Shown: positions 7,542-16,187 of the stretch, one piece after another
Position numbering within the stretch: position 1 is the first letter of the stretch
Layout: each line of letters opens with the position of its first letter
NCBI GenBank assembly: GCA_038824715.1
Contig: JAWBPP010000003.1
Coordinates: forward strand, 1 to 36,472
DNA length: 36,472 nt
Reading direction: 5' to 3'
Origin: Candidatus Anstonellaceae archaeon
GTDB lineage: Archaea; Micrarchaeota; Micrarchaeia; Anstonellales; Anstonellaceae
Program-made: the position numbers and the translations under genes
The notes under the pieces: model-generated
Seen by the model: the letters and a program-made list of their open reading frames with translations, nothing else
Database searches by the model: none
Told to the model about the DNA's origin: nothing

Positions 7542-8393
7542 ATGGCATCGCCGTCGTTGAAATTCGCATCCGCAGCGCTGCTGCTATTGCTTCTTTCGCC
7601 AATGCTCCACTCGGAGTTCTCGCTGCGCTCGCTTACAGTTTTTGCGAACGTGAACCTTGACGGCAGCGTGAATGTGGAGGAGCGGATTGAAATGGAGATG
7701 AAGGGCACTGTCTCCAAGGAGCTTTACGAGGCGACCCGTTCGGCTTACACGGATCTTGCCACTTGGAAGGCGCGCACAGGCCTTACTGAAATGCGCCACC
7801 ACGTGACAAGAGTCGCGGCAGACGTCAAGGACCTGCGAGTCACGCCTCAGCGCATAGATTATTGCAATTCGATTCTTGGCACCTGCTATGCCACGGTAGT
7901 GATAGACTATATTGTTCCTGCAGGAAAGGAAGGCTCTGGCCTTGTGAAGGTGGACCGCTACAAGCCGCGCACCGCAAAATATTCCCTCATACCAGAAGCG
8001 CTTTCATTCGAGCATACAAAGACAGGCGATCTTGTTCTCCCTTCAGGCACTCTGATTTCCATTGCCGTGCCACAAGCAGCCGAGAAAATCTACTTTTCCA
8101 GCCCCCCGCAGACAGTTGATGCCTCCGAAGGAAACTTCCGCTACGACCAGTCTTCAAACGTGCGCTATTACGTTGGCAGGGACAGGCTGTTCACATGGAA
8201 GGGCGATTCGCTCTCACGCTTCTCGTTCACCTACGAAATAGAGTCCCCTCTTGAATCCGAGGTGCTTGATTTCTTCCGTTCCTCGCAAGGCAGACTAGTG
8301 GAGTTCTTCTTCGGCCCACAGGGGCTGGCAGCCATTCTCATACTTGCCGCAGCAGGCGTTTCCATTTACCAGTTCAACAGGCTGAAATTATAG
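7542..8393 (+). CDS. Hypothetical secreted protein with C-terminal membrane anchor
   Basis: Signal-like N-terminus (AALLLLLLSPMLHS) and C-terminal TM GLAAILILAAAGVSIY. TTTAAGATATTTAC box ends about 16 nt upstream of the ATG (leaderless). Confidence 0.55.
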   Translation: MASPSLKFASAALLLLLLSPMLHSEFSLRSLTVFANVNLDGSVNVEERIEMEMKGTVSKELYEATRSAYTDLATWKARTGLTEMRHHVTRVAADVKDLRVTPQRIDYCNSILGTCYATVVIDYIVPAGKEGSGLVKVDRYKPRTAKYSLIPEALSFEHTKTGDLVLPSGTLISIAVPQAAEKIYFSSPPQTVDASEGNFRYDQSSNVRYYVGRDRLFTWKGDSLSRFSFTYEIESPLESEVLDFFRSSQGRLVEFFFGPQGLAAILILAAAGVSIYQFNRLKL

Positions 8394-8412
8394 CCGGTTC
8401 ATCTGTGATCCC

Positions 8413-9855
8413 ATGCTCCATCAGATAGAGTCCAAAATCCTCTCCTCCCTTTCTTCGAGAATGTCTGCACAGGAGCTTGCCTCTGCCTGCAATCTCCCGC
8501 TCGACTCTGTGCTCTCATTCTCCCAATCACTTCGCGACAAGGGCTATGTTTCCATTTCTCAGGAGGAAAAATCCGTGTGCAAGCTGACTTCAGAAGGCAC
8601 CCGTTTCCTTTCCGAGAAATTCCCAGAAGAGCGCGTCTATGCAGCAGCGCTCAAGTCAGCATCGCTTTCCTCGCTCACAAACGAAGAGCGCACAGTGGGG
8701 GTTGCCTGGGCGACAAAAAACGGCTGGGTGAAAATCACAAAAGGGGAACTTTCAGCAGCAAGCGCGCCGGAAGAGCCTTACTCGCTTGCAGAAGCGCTGC
8801 AGAAAATATCGTCTGGCAACGCACCCAGCGTCTCGCAAGATATTCAGGCAATCCTTTCCAAACGCAAGCTCGTGTCGCAGTCAACCGCAAAAACAATTTT
8901 CCTTGAGCCAACTGCAAAAGACTATTCTGCAGAACTGCCAGACGCAGCTTCCCCCGCGTCATCGCCATCAGGCGCGGTAAACCTCCTCACCCGCGAAATG
9001 CTCCTTTCAGGCTCATGGCAAAATGCCTTGTTTAGGAAATACGATGTCTCGGCTCCCGCAGAGCTTCCCTTAATAGCAAAACGCCATATGGTTTCCCGTT
9101 TGCGGCGCAGGATATCGCGGATTTTCACCGACATGGGCTTTGAGGAAATGGAAGGGCCGCAAGTGCAGTCCTCTTTCTGGAATTTCGACGCTCTTTTCCA
9201 GCCCCAGGACCATCCTGCCCGCGACCTTGCAGACACTTTCTACCTAAAGGGGAACTCGCCGCTCCCAGAAGACGCCGAACTCGTTTCAAAAATAAAAAAA
9301 GTGCACGAAAAATGCTGGGGCGGGGAATGGAAGGAGGAAAACGCCTGCAAGCCCGTGCTCCGCACGCACACTACTGCAGTTTCAGCCTATTACCTCTACA
9401 ATTTCTGCAAGGGCAACACCATCCCGAAAAAATACTTTTCCATAGGCAAAGTTTTCAGAAACGAAGCAACCGACTACAAGCATTTGGCGGAATTTTTCCA
9501 GGTGGAAGGCATAGTTGTCTGGGAAGGTGCCACCTTCAGGAACCTTCTTGGCTGCCTCAAGGAGTTCTACAGGAAGCTTGGCTTTGAAAAAATCCGCTTC
9601 CAGCCAAGCTATTTCCCCTATACCGAGCCCTCGCTTGAGATCTCAGTCTATTTTGAGAAGAAAAAGCAGTGGATGGAATTGGGCGGCGCGGGCATATTCC
9701 GCCCCGAAGTGTCAATACCGCTTTGCGACAGATACCCAGTTCTCGCATGGGGGCTGTCGCTTGAACGCCCGCTCATGCTCCTCAATGACATGGAGGACAT
9801 CAGAGATTTTTACAAGAGCAATGTAGGCTGGCTAAGAAGGCAGAAGGTGCAATAA
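8413..9855 (+). CDS. pheS: Phenylalanine--tRNA ligase alpha subunit (archaeal type)
   Basis: 480 aa. Class II motifs FRNEATDYKHLAEFFQVEG and GAGIFRPEV, HPARD motif, and an N-terminal winged-helix-like region. Confidence 0.9.
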   Translation: MLHQIESKILSSLSSRMSAQELASACNLPLDSVLSFSQSLRDKGYVSISQEEKSVCKLTSEGTRFLSEKFPEERVYAAALKSASLSSLTNEERTVGVAWATKNGWVKITKGELSAASAPEEPYSLAEALQKISSGNAPSVSQDIQAILSKRKLVSQSTAKTIFLEPTAKDYSAELPDAASPASSPSGAVNLLTREMLLSGSWQNALFRKYDVSAPAELPLIAKRHMVSRLRRRISRIFTDMGFEEMEGPQVQSSFWNFDALFQPQDHPARDLADTFYLKGNSPLPEDAELVSKIKKVHEKCWGGEWKEENACKPVLRTHTTAVSAYYLYNFCKGNTIPKKYFSIGKVFRNEATDYKHLAEFFQVEGIVVWEGATFRNLLGCLKEFYRKLGFEKIRFQPSYFPYTEPSLEISVYFEKKKQWMELGGAGIFRPEVSIPLCDRYPVLAWGLSLERPLMLLNDMEDIRDFYKSNVGWLRRQKVQ

Positions 9856-9914
9856 GCACAGGCAAGCGACGCGAATGTTGGGTGGCTCAGGGCGCAGAAG
9901 ATGCAATAAGAATT

Positions 9915-10595
9915 TCAGGTCGGCTTATTGGAGAAAATTCGGTAAATTTCGGCAGCCCTTGGATGATAAATCAAATACTTTGCCTTGAACCCGCTCCCCG
10001 CAACTTCAATTTCCAGTGCTCCTTCTACTCCGAGCGAGATTTTTTTAATTGGAACGTCTCCCTTCAGGAATTGCCGTATCCCCCATGTTCTTGAAGGAGT
10101 CTCCGGCACTTTTCCTATTTCCGGATGCCATAAATTGAATTCGCCAAACACTTCCTTAACTCCAAAAATCAAAAACGGCATCACTATGCGCCTGTTGGTT
10201 ATTATGATATCCTTGGGTCCTTCCCCAACTGAAATAGATGTTAAGAACCAAACGGAGCTTCTGACCAGACAAGGCGTGAGCGGAACGACTATTCTCTCGC
10301 TCTTAATCATCTTGAAATTTTGGTCAATAGTGATGAACTTTCTCCAGAATGTCCATTGCCACAAAGAAAAATCCCGCCTGCTTTTCACTGGCATTAAGCC
10401 ATAATAAATGATGGAATACAGCACAAGCGGAATCGCTGCCGCAGCCCAAATTAGCAATGGGGAAGGGATTGCCTGCGGAAACAAAAACCATGCGGGAAGG
10501 CTTGCCATGAACGCGAGTACGGACAACAGAAGCGACACTTGCAAGATGCAGAGAAAAACGAAAAGAGCTCTCATCAGCAGCATTTCTGCAAGCAC
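9915..10595 (-). CDS. Hypothetical membrane protein
   Basis: Hydrophobic N-terminal segments followed by a soluble domain. First codon is GTG, with in-frame ATGs at 10583 and 10574. No family recognised. Confidence 0.45.
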   Translation of the reverse strand: MLAEMLLMRALFVFLCILQVSLLLSVLAFMASLPAWFLFPQAIPSPLLIWAAAAIPLVLYSIIYYGLMPVKSRRDFSLWQWTFWRKFITIDQNFKMIKSERIVVPLTPCLVRSSVWFLTSISVGEGPKDIIITNRRIVMPFLIFGVKEVFGEFNLWHPEIGKVPETPSRTWGIRQFLKGDVPIKKISLGVEGALEIEVAGSGFKAKYLIYHPRAAEIYRIFSNKPT

Positions 10596-10625
10596 GCTTA
10601 AATATTTCCTGCCCGTTTTCCTGGC

Positions 10626-11324
10626 ATGGCCAGTTTCAAGTCCGTATCCCTTCTCCTAGTTTTCCTTGCCCATTCCTTGTTTGCAGCCGAAGTCACTTTC
10701 AACGTTTCAGGCGTGCGCGCGCTTGTGGAATACCAATACGACATCAATGTATCGCAGGCAATAGTGGGCGTGCGCTACCCAGGGACAATTCATGCAGTCT
10801 GGGCAATCCCACAGTCAGCGCTTTCCGGTCTGGAAGGCAAAACCGTGACTGTTAAAATAACAGGCAGGGCTGAAAATTCCTCGAGCGTGTTTTTCCTCTC
10901 GCCAATAAACACCGACGCTTACGAAACAGAGGTTTACCTATATTGCACTGTTGAAAAAGCAACATGCTCGAACGAATCTGTCCTAACTGCGGACATCCCC
11001 ATAACCATCCTCTTGCCGAGCAACGGCACATTTGAGCAGAAAATCACCCTCAAGGACGAAATCGTGGATTCTTCGCTTGGAGCTCTGCCTTCGTCAGCAG
11101 GAAGCATACTCGACTCGTTTTCCGAATTATTTTCAGGCAACCAGTCTGCGCCAAATGGAACTGGCGCATCAAACTCCTCTGAAGACTTCCTAGAGAGCCT
11201 CAAGCCAGAAGGCAATTCCAAGGACCCAATCGCTTTCCTGAGGCAAAACCAGCTTGTTTCGCTTACTGCGCTTGCGATAGTGGTTGTGATAACTGGCGCT
11301 TATCTGCTAAATTCCCGTGACTGA
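10626..11324 (+). CDS. Hypothetical secreted, probably N-glycosylated protein with C-terminal anchor
   Basis: Signal peptide MASFKSVSLLLVFLAHSLFA. Multiple N-x-S/T sequons (NVS, NSS, NGT, NQS). C-terminal TM LTALAIVVVITGAYLL. Confidence 0.55.
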   Translation: MASFKSVSLLLVFLAHSLFAAEVTFNVSGVRALVEYQYDINVSQAIVGVRYPGTIHAVWAIPQSALSGLEGKTVTVKITGRAENSSSVFFLSPINTDAYETEVYLYCTVEKATCSNESVLTADIPITILLPSNGTFEQKITLKDEIVDSSLGALPSSAGSILDSFSELFSGNQSAPNGTGASNSSEDFLESLKPEGNSKDPIAFLRQNQLVSLTALAIVVVITGAYLLNSRD

Positions 11325-11418
11325 GGCGCAGTAATTTATTTCCGCAGCATCCCTTCTTCCCTCATTGGGGTGGAGCTCTCCTGGCGCCACTGCTTAAAAA
11401 CTTCTGGAGGAACTTTTT

Positions 11419-12282
11419 ATGTTCGAAATAACTTTCCTTGGGACTTCCGCAGCCGTTCCAACCGTGCAGCGCAACCTCTCAGCAATAGCAGTGCGAAAGG
11501 ACGGCGACATCTTCCTTCTCGACTGTGCAGAGGGCACGCAAAGGCAGATGATGAAATTCGGGCTTTCCTACATGAAAGTGAAAGCAATCTTCATCACCCA
11601 CCTGCACCTTGATCACTTCCTCGGCGTATTCGGACTGGTCGAAACGATGAGGCTGAATTGCAGGAAGGACAAGCTTTCCATATACGGGCCGCGCGGCTCG
11701 AAAGCCACGTTTGGAAAGAAGGATTTCGTGGAAATAGTTGAAATCGATGACAAATGGTCTGCCGATTTTGGCGAGTTCACCGCCTCGTCCTTCAAAACCG
11801 AGCACGAGCACGACTCTATGGGGTTTGTCTTTGAGGAAAAGGGCAAGCGGCGCTTTTACGAGGACAAGGCAAAGGGGCTTGGCATAAAGGGCCCCATGTT
11901 TTCCGAGATAATGGAAAAGGGCAAGCTGAAAGTTGGAAATAAAACAATCAAGCTCTCGGATGTGACTTACGAGCAGCCCGGCAAGAAAATCGCCTACACG
12001 TCCGACACTATGCCCTGTGCTGCGACAGCCAAGGCAGCCAAGGGGGCAGACCTGCTAATACACGAATCCACTTTTGCAGAAGATAAAAAGGACGAGGCAA
12101 AGGAAGCAAAGCATTCCACCGCGGCAGGCGCAGCAGCAACCGCAAAAAAAGCAGGCGCAAAAATGCTTGTGCTCACGCACATTTCAGGAAGATACAGGGA
12201 CACCAAGCCGCTCCTCGACGAGGCAAAGGAAATATTCAGCAACGTTGTCGTTGCTGAAGACGGCACAAAAATCGAGATTTGA
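11419..12282 (+). CDS. rnz: Ribonuclease Z (tRNA 3' endonuclease)
   Basis: ITFLGTSAAVPT N-terminus, HLHLDHFLG motif, C-terminal LTHIS. GGAGG 8 nt upstream of the ATG. Confidence 0.85.
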   Translation: MFEITFLGTSAAVPTVQRNLSAIAVRKDGDIFLLDCAEGTQRQMMKFGLSYMKVKAIFITHLHLDHFLGVFGLVETMRLNCRKDKLSIYGPRGSKATFGKKDFVEIVEIDDKWSADFGEFTASSFKTEHEHDSMGFVFEEKGKRRFYEDKAKGLGIKGPMFSEIMEKGKLKVGNKTIKLSDVTYEQPGKKIAYTSDTMPCAATAKAAKGADLLIHESTFAEDKKDEAKEAKHSTAAGAAATAKKAGAKMLVLTHISGRYRDTKPLLDEAKEIFSNVVVAEDGTKIEI

Positions 12283-12339
12283 TTTTTCTCTGGCTGTTTA
12301 CTAAAGTATATAAGCATGGTGTTTTCCTAATCGCAACCC

Positions 12340-13167
12340 ATGCTCTACCCAGAAGACCTGAAACGCGCTGTTGCAGCTGCGCTGGCCGTTCTCCATCTCG
12401 CAACAGGCATTGCGCTGCAGTTCCGGGGCGCAATCAAAAGCTTTGAGCAGCGCCTGCAGGCCAAGCTGGTGGCTGCGCTTTCAGGTACAAAATGCGACTC
12501 GGCAGGCAAGCATTCGCATACCTTGGACGTGGAAGCGCTTTCAAGGCTTGCCAACGGAGAACCGATAACTGTCGTCCGGCCAGGGCTTTTGCTGACGCTT
12601 CGTCCCTATGTCTTCCCGGGCTCCCCCAAGTGCACCGATTCCCTTCTGCAAATCCGCAAGACAAGCTTTACCGAGCTTGCATCGCGCTACACCATCGGGG
12701 CAAAAGCCAGCTTCAGCTTTGACGGGTACGAAATAGAGCTTTCTGAAAATTTCGCGGTAGCCAGGGTATTTGAAGCCGAAGGCAAGGTGAGCTTTCTTTC
12801 CCTTCCGTACAATGTGAGCAGATTCAGGGTATTGGACGAATACAATAGGGAAAAGAACATCTCCTCTGAATGGACGCTGCAGCTTGCAAACCACGCCATG
12901 CTCGTGTGCGTGGAGCAGGCAATCGCCTCGCAAAAAACCGTTCAAGGCAAGGGAAACGGGGCGCCAGAGCCAAGCGATTCACTGCGGCAATTCCGCCAGG
13001 GTGCACCCTCCGAACAAAAATTGGCGCTTCCAACCGTGTCGATTCCAGCTGCTTTTTCAGCCCCCAGCTTCCGCACAGCAATTGGGTCCAAGAACAGCTG
13101 GCTGGCAAGAAGGAATCCCGCCCCAACCCAGCCGCCCAAGCTGTGCCTTGCCAGAAACAAGTGCTGA
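12340..13167 (+). CDS. Hypothetical protein (orphan; coding status uncertain)
   Basis: AAAGTATATAAGC box about 30 nt upstream of ATG 12340 (near-leaderless). No recognisable domain. The region is stop-poor in most frames, so ORF length alone is weak evidence. Confidence 0.35.
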   Translation: MLYPEDLKRAVAAALAVLHLATGIALQFRGAIKSFEQRLQAKLVAALSGTKCDSAGKHSHTLDVEALSRLANGEPITVVRPGLLLTLRPYVFPGSPKCTDSLLQIRKTSFTELASRYTIGAKASFSFDGYEIELSENFAVARVFEAEGKVSFLSLPYNVSRFRVLDEYNREKNISSEWTLQLANHAMLVCVEQAIASQKTVQGKGNGAPEPSDSLRQFRQGAPSEQKLALPTVSIPAAFSAPSFRTAIGSKNSWLARRNPAPTQPPKLCLARNKC

Positions 13168-13215
13168 TGCACCAAAAGAAGCGTTCTTTTCCAATTCGCG
13201 GAGCCGCCTAGTTCC

Positions 13216-13249
13216 ACGTCTAAAAAAGCATCTGTGGATGCTTTTTTAA
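13216..13249. repeat. Palindromic A6/T6 hairpin motif, copy A (terminator and/or promoter element)
   Basis: ACGTCTAAAAAAGCATC-TGTG-GATGCTTTTTTAA forms an 11-bp stem. It shares both 12-nt arms (ACGTCTAAAAAA ... GATGCTTTTTTA) with copy B at 16118-16150. Confidence 0.5.
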
Positions 13250-13289
13250 CCTTCTCCGCGCTGTTCCTTAAGTTTCTGAGGTGATTTAT

Positions 13290-14330
13290 ATGGTGGACAT
13301 GCAACTATTATCCAAGCTGACTGAATCATTCGGCGTCCCTGGACACGAGCAGGAAATAGCGAAAATAATGTCTGCCGAATTCAAAAAAGCCGGCTACAAG
13401 GTAGAAACCGACAGGTTCGGCAACGTGATTGCAAAGGCGCCCGGGGCGAAGAAAAAGCCCCTCATGCTGGGTGCGCACATGGATGAAATCGGCATGCTTG
13501 TCAAATTCATAAACGAAAAAGGCTTCCTGCGCTTCGTCAAGGTCGGCGGCATAGACAACCGCGTGCTTGTCAACCAGCGCGTGGTAATCGAGACTGAAAA
13601 GGGCAAGATTTACGGGGTAATCGGCAACAAGCCGCCGCATATGCAGCGGCCAGAGGAAATGAAAAACGCTATTGACAACAAGTCGCTTTTCATAGACATT
13701 GGCGCAAAGAACCGCAAAGACGCTGAAAAGATGGGCGTGCGGGTAGGCGACCCAATTGCGTTTGACCTTTCCACAAAAATGCTCAACGGCAAGCTCGTCA
13801 CAGGAAAAGCGCTTGACAACCGTGTGGGCTGCTACATACTCTTGGAAATCGCAAAGCGCGTGAAAAGCAAGAACGTCGTCCTTGTGGGCACAGCACAGGA
13901 GGAAGTCTCCACGTTCGGCAAGGGCGCAATGGTGGCTGCATACAACCTTGAGCCATCTGCCTTCATAGCGGTCGACACATCGATTGCAGGAGACCATCCA
14001 GAGATGAGCGAGGATGAGGCCCTCATACACATCGGCAAGGGGCCTGCGCTTTGCCTTGTGGAGGCAGGAGGCAGGGGCAATGTTGCCGACACGCAGCTTC
14101 GCAACCAGTGCATTTCTGTTTCAAAGAAGTCGAAAATCAACTGCCAGCTTGAGGTAATCGAAGGGGGCGCAACTGACGCGGCAAGCGTCTATGGCGAGCG
14201 GGGGGGCATACCGTCCATCGCAGTCTGCGTTCCAACCCGCTACATACATTCAAACGTTGCGGTCTGCTCGCTTGAAGACATCGAAAAGACCTCGAACTAT
14301 CTCGTGAAATTGATTGACGAGCTCGCATAA
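13290..14330 (+). CDS. M42 family (TET/FrvX-type) aminopeptidase
   Basis: GAHMDEIG, KALDNRVGC and GTAQEEVSTFG motifs. GAGGTGA 6 nt upstream of ATG 13290. Confidence 0.85.
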   Translation: MVDMQLLSKLTESFGVPGHEQEIAKIMSAEFKKAGYKVETDRFGNVIAKAPGAKKKPLMLGAHMDEIGMLVKFINEKGFLRFVKVGGIDNRVLVNQRVVIETEKGKIYGVIGNKPPHMQRPEEMKNAIDNKSLFIDIGAKNRKDAEKMGVRVGDPIAFDLSTKMLNGKLVTGKALDNRVGCYILLEIAKRVKSKNVVLVGTAQEEVSTFGKGAMVAAYNLEPSAFIAVDTSIAGDHPEMSEDEALIHIGKGPALCLVEAGGRGNVADTQLRNQCISVSKKSKINCQLEVIEGGATDAASVYGERGGIPSIAVCVPTRYIHSNVAVCSLEDIEKTSNYLVKLIDELA

Positions 14331-14347
14331 GCAATTCATGGCTTACG

Positions 14348-14890
14348 ATGCAAAAGGGATTCCTCTCCTTTGCACTTGGCGCAGTCTTCCTTCTTTCCAT
14401 TGTCTCATCAGGCGCCATCATCTCCTCTTCCAAGCCTGACACTTCATACGAGAAATACCGCCGCCTCCTTGTGGAAGGGGTGGCGATAAAGCAGGCGCTC
14501 TATTCATCGCTTTCCGATGCCGCCATCTCTTCGCTTGCCTCTTCAAGCGAAGCAGAGGGCAGCCAATATGCTGCAGTTCGCGCAGCCGTCTTTGCGCGCT
14601 TCCTGGAGTTCCAAGAGAAGCTTCGTGAAGATGGCTACGACGCTCTCTTTTGGTGCGGGGAAATTTCAGAAGAAGAACGCAGCAGCGCAGCCTTGCAGAT
14701 GCTTGAAGAAAAACGTTCAATACTGCCATCCGGCTCTATTGCTGCAGCAGCCTGCGCAGATTCTTTAGACGTCAACCTGCTTCAGCGCAGCATCCACATG
14801 AAAGATGTCGGTTTTTCATTTTATGACTCAAGCCTTGGGCTGGGAGTTGCTGCAAAACTCCCTTCTTCTTACGAGGTTGAATTCAAATGA
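14348..14890 (+). CDS. Prepilin-like protein 1 (class III signal-peptide-like N-terminus)
   Basis: MQKG|FLSFALGAVFLLSIVSSGAII N-terminus. 17 nt after the M42 peptidase stop. Its stop overlaps the next start (ATGA at 14887-14890). Confidence 0.55.
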   Translation: MQKGFLSFALGAVFLLSIVSSGAIISSSKPDTSYEKYRRLLVEGVAIKQALYSSLSDAAISSLASSSEAEGSQYAAVRAAVFARFLEFQEKLREDGYDALFWCGEISEEERSSAALQMLEEKRSILPSGSIAAAACADSLDVNLLQRSIHMKDVGFSFYDSSLGLGVAAKLPSSYEVEFK

Positions 14891-15246
14891 ACAGAATCCC
14901 TTTTTCAAAAGCGCAGGCAACTCTTGAGGCGCTCATGTCGCTTGCCACCCTCCTCTTGGCACTCGCGCTTTTCATTGCATCTGCGCAACATCTTGGCTCG
15001 AAGCTCAATGCCCTCTCACAATCATCGTCCGAGCGCTACCTCCTTTCGCACGAGGCACTTTCAATAGACACTGCGGCAGCTCTGCCTGGCACATCAGCCC
15101 CACGCATCTTCCATGGTTTTCCTTCAGGAAAAGGCAACGGCCTTCGCTCCAGAATCTCGAACGTTTCACAACCGGTTTTCAGCAGGATTTCATCGGATTC
15201 GAGAGGTAATTTTTATGCTGTGCACGAATGCTGCGAACCGATATAG
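14887..15246 (+). CDS. Prepilin-like protein 2
   Basis: MNRIPFSKA|QATLEALMSLATLLLALALFIAS gives Q at +1 and E at +5, as in archaeal/bacterial type IV pilins. ATGA overlap with the preceding gene. Confidence 0.6.
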   Translation: MNRIPFSKAQATLEALMSLATLLLALALFIASAQHLGSKLNALSQSSSERYLLSHEALSIDTAAALPGTSAPRIFHGFPSGKGNGLRSRISNVSQPVFSRISSDSRGNFYAVHECCEPI

Positions 15247-15721
15247 CGCAAACATACGCCAGCTGCCGCGCGCAGGCTGGCAATGCAATGCCCTGCAGGC
15301 ATTCTTTTCCCTAGATGCAATGCTTGCTCTTGCCATTGCAATCTTCGCATTCGCAGCGTTCTCCTTGCTTCTCTCGTCGGCAGGCGCATTTGCAGCTTCG
15401 CAGTCAAAACAAGCATCGTCAGAATCGCTCGCCCTGAGTTTTTCCTCGCACATTCTTGACAACTGCGCAGCGCGCCCCCCTTACAGCTCTCCTGATTCCT
15501 ACTCCAAAACAAACGAACTGGATGAAAATTGCCTGCATTCCATCCAGATGCAAGATGTGCTTGCACTCTCAGGCACAGCCTTCGCAAGCATCTCGCTGTA
15601 TGGTGCTGAAGGAGAGCTCTTTCATTCCGAATCAGGGACAAAAGGCGCAGAGGTTTTCTGCGCAAGGCGCCTCGCGTCAGTTTCAGGAAAAATGTCCCGC
15701 TTGGAGGTTTGCCTATCATGA
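15215..15721 (+). CDS. Prepilin-like protein 3
   Basis: ATG 15215 with GAGAGGT 8 nt upstream; 32-nt overlap with the previous gene. Hydrophobic segment LQAFFSLDAMLALAIAIFAFAAFSLLL follows a 27-aa polar leader. Alternative ATG at 15320. Confidence 0.5.
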   Translation: MLCTNAANRYSANIRQLPRAGWQCNALQAFFSLDAMLALAIAIFAFAAFSLLLSSAGAFAASQSKQASSESLALSFSSHILDNCAARPPYSSPDSYSKTNELDENCLHSIQMQDVLALSGTAFASISLYGAEGELFHSESGTKGAEVFCARRLASVSGKMSRLEVCLS

Positions 15722-16083
15722 GAAAAAAAGCTTTCCTGGCAAGCTTTGAAGCAGCATCAGCAATCTTGCTCCTAATCGTTGCAGCATCGGCACTCCAGCT
15801 TTACCAATTCCAAAAAACCTTTCCGCAGGAATTTTTCCTCTGCTCTGACGCAGCCGTCCTAATTTCAAAATCAGGCGATTTCTCCCGCGATTCTCTTTTG
15901 GCGCAGGCACAGGAAATATCTGAGCTTTCCGACATGTGCATCTCGATCCAAATCGCAGGTGAAGAGCTATTTTCGCCCTGCGGGAAGGAAAACGGAAGAG
16001 TATTCGCATTCACTCTTCCAGTCTGGCGCGAAGGGTTGCAAGAGCTCCAGGTCCGCTGCGAATGGCAGTCACAAAACCATTGA
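15718..16083 (+). CDS. Prepilin-like protein 4
   Basis: MRKKA|FLASFEAASAILLLIVAASAL. ATGA overlap at 15718-15721 and GGAGG 9 nt upstream. Confidence 0.55.
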   Translation: MRKKAFLASFEAASAILLLIVAASALQLYQFQKTFPQEFFLCSDAAVLISKSGDFSRDSLLAQAQEISELSDMCISIQIAGEELFSPCGKENGRVFAFTLPVWREGLQELQVRCEWQSQNH

Positions 16084-16117
16084 GGCGCTTTTTTTATCTT
16101 CGTAGGGTCCAGGCCCT

Positions 16118-16150
16118 ACGTCTAAAAAATCATTGACGATGCTTTTTTAT
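16118..16150. repeat. Palindromic A6/T6 hairpin motif, copy B
   Basis: ACGTCTAAAAAATCAT-TGAC-GATGCTTTTTTAT. Preceded by a T7 run (16089-16095) and the hairpin CGTAGGG-TCCAGG-CCCTACG (16101-16120). Confidence 0.5.
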
Positions 16151-16187
16151 TCGTTGCATGGCTACTTCCGTCAGTGGGTGATTCTCC

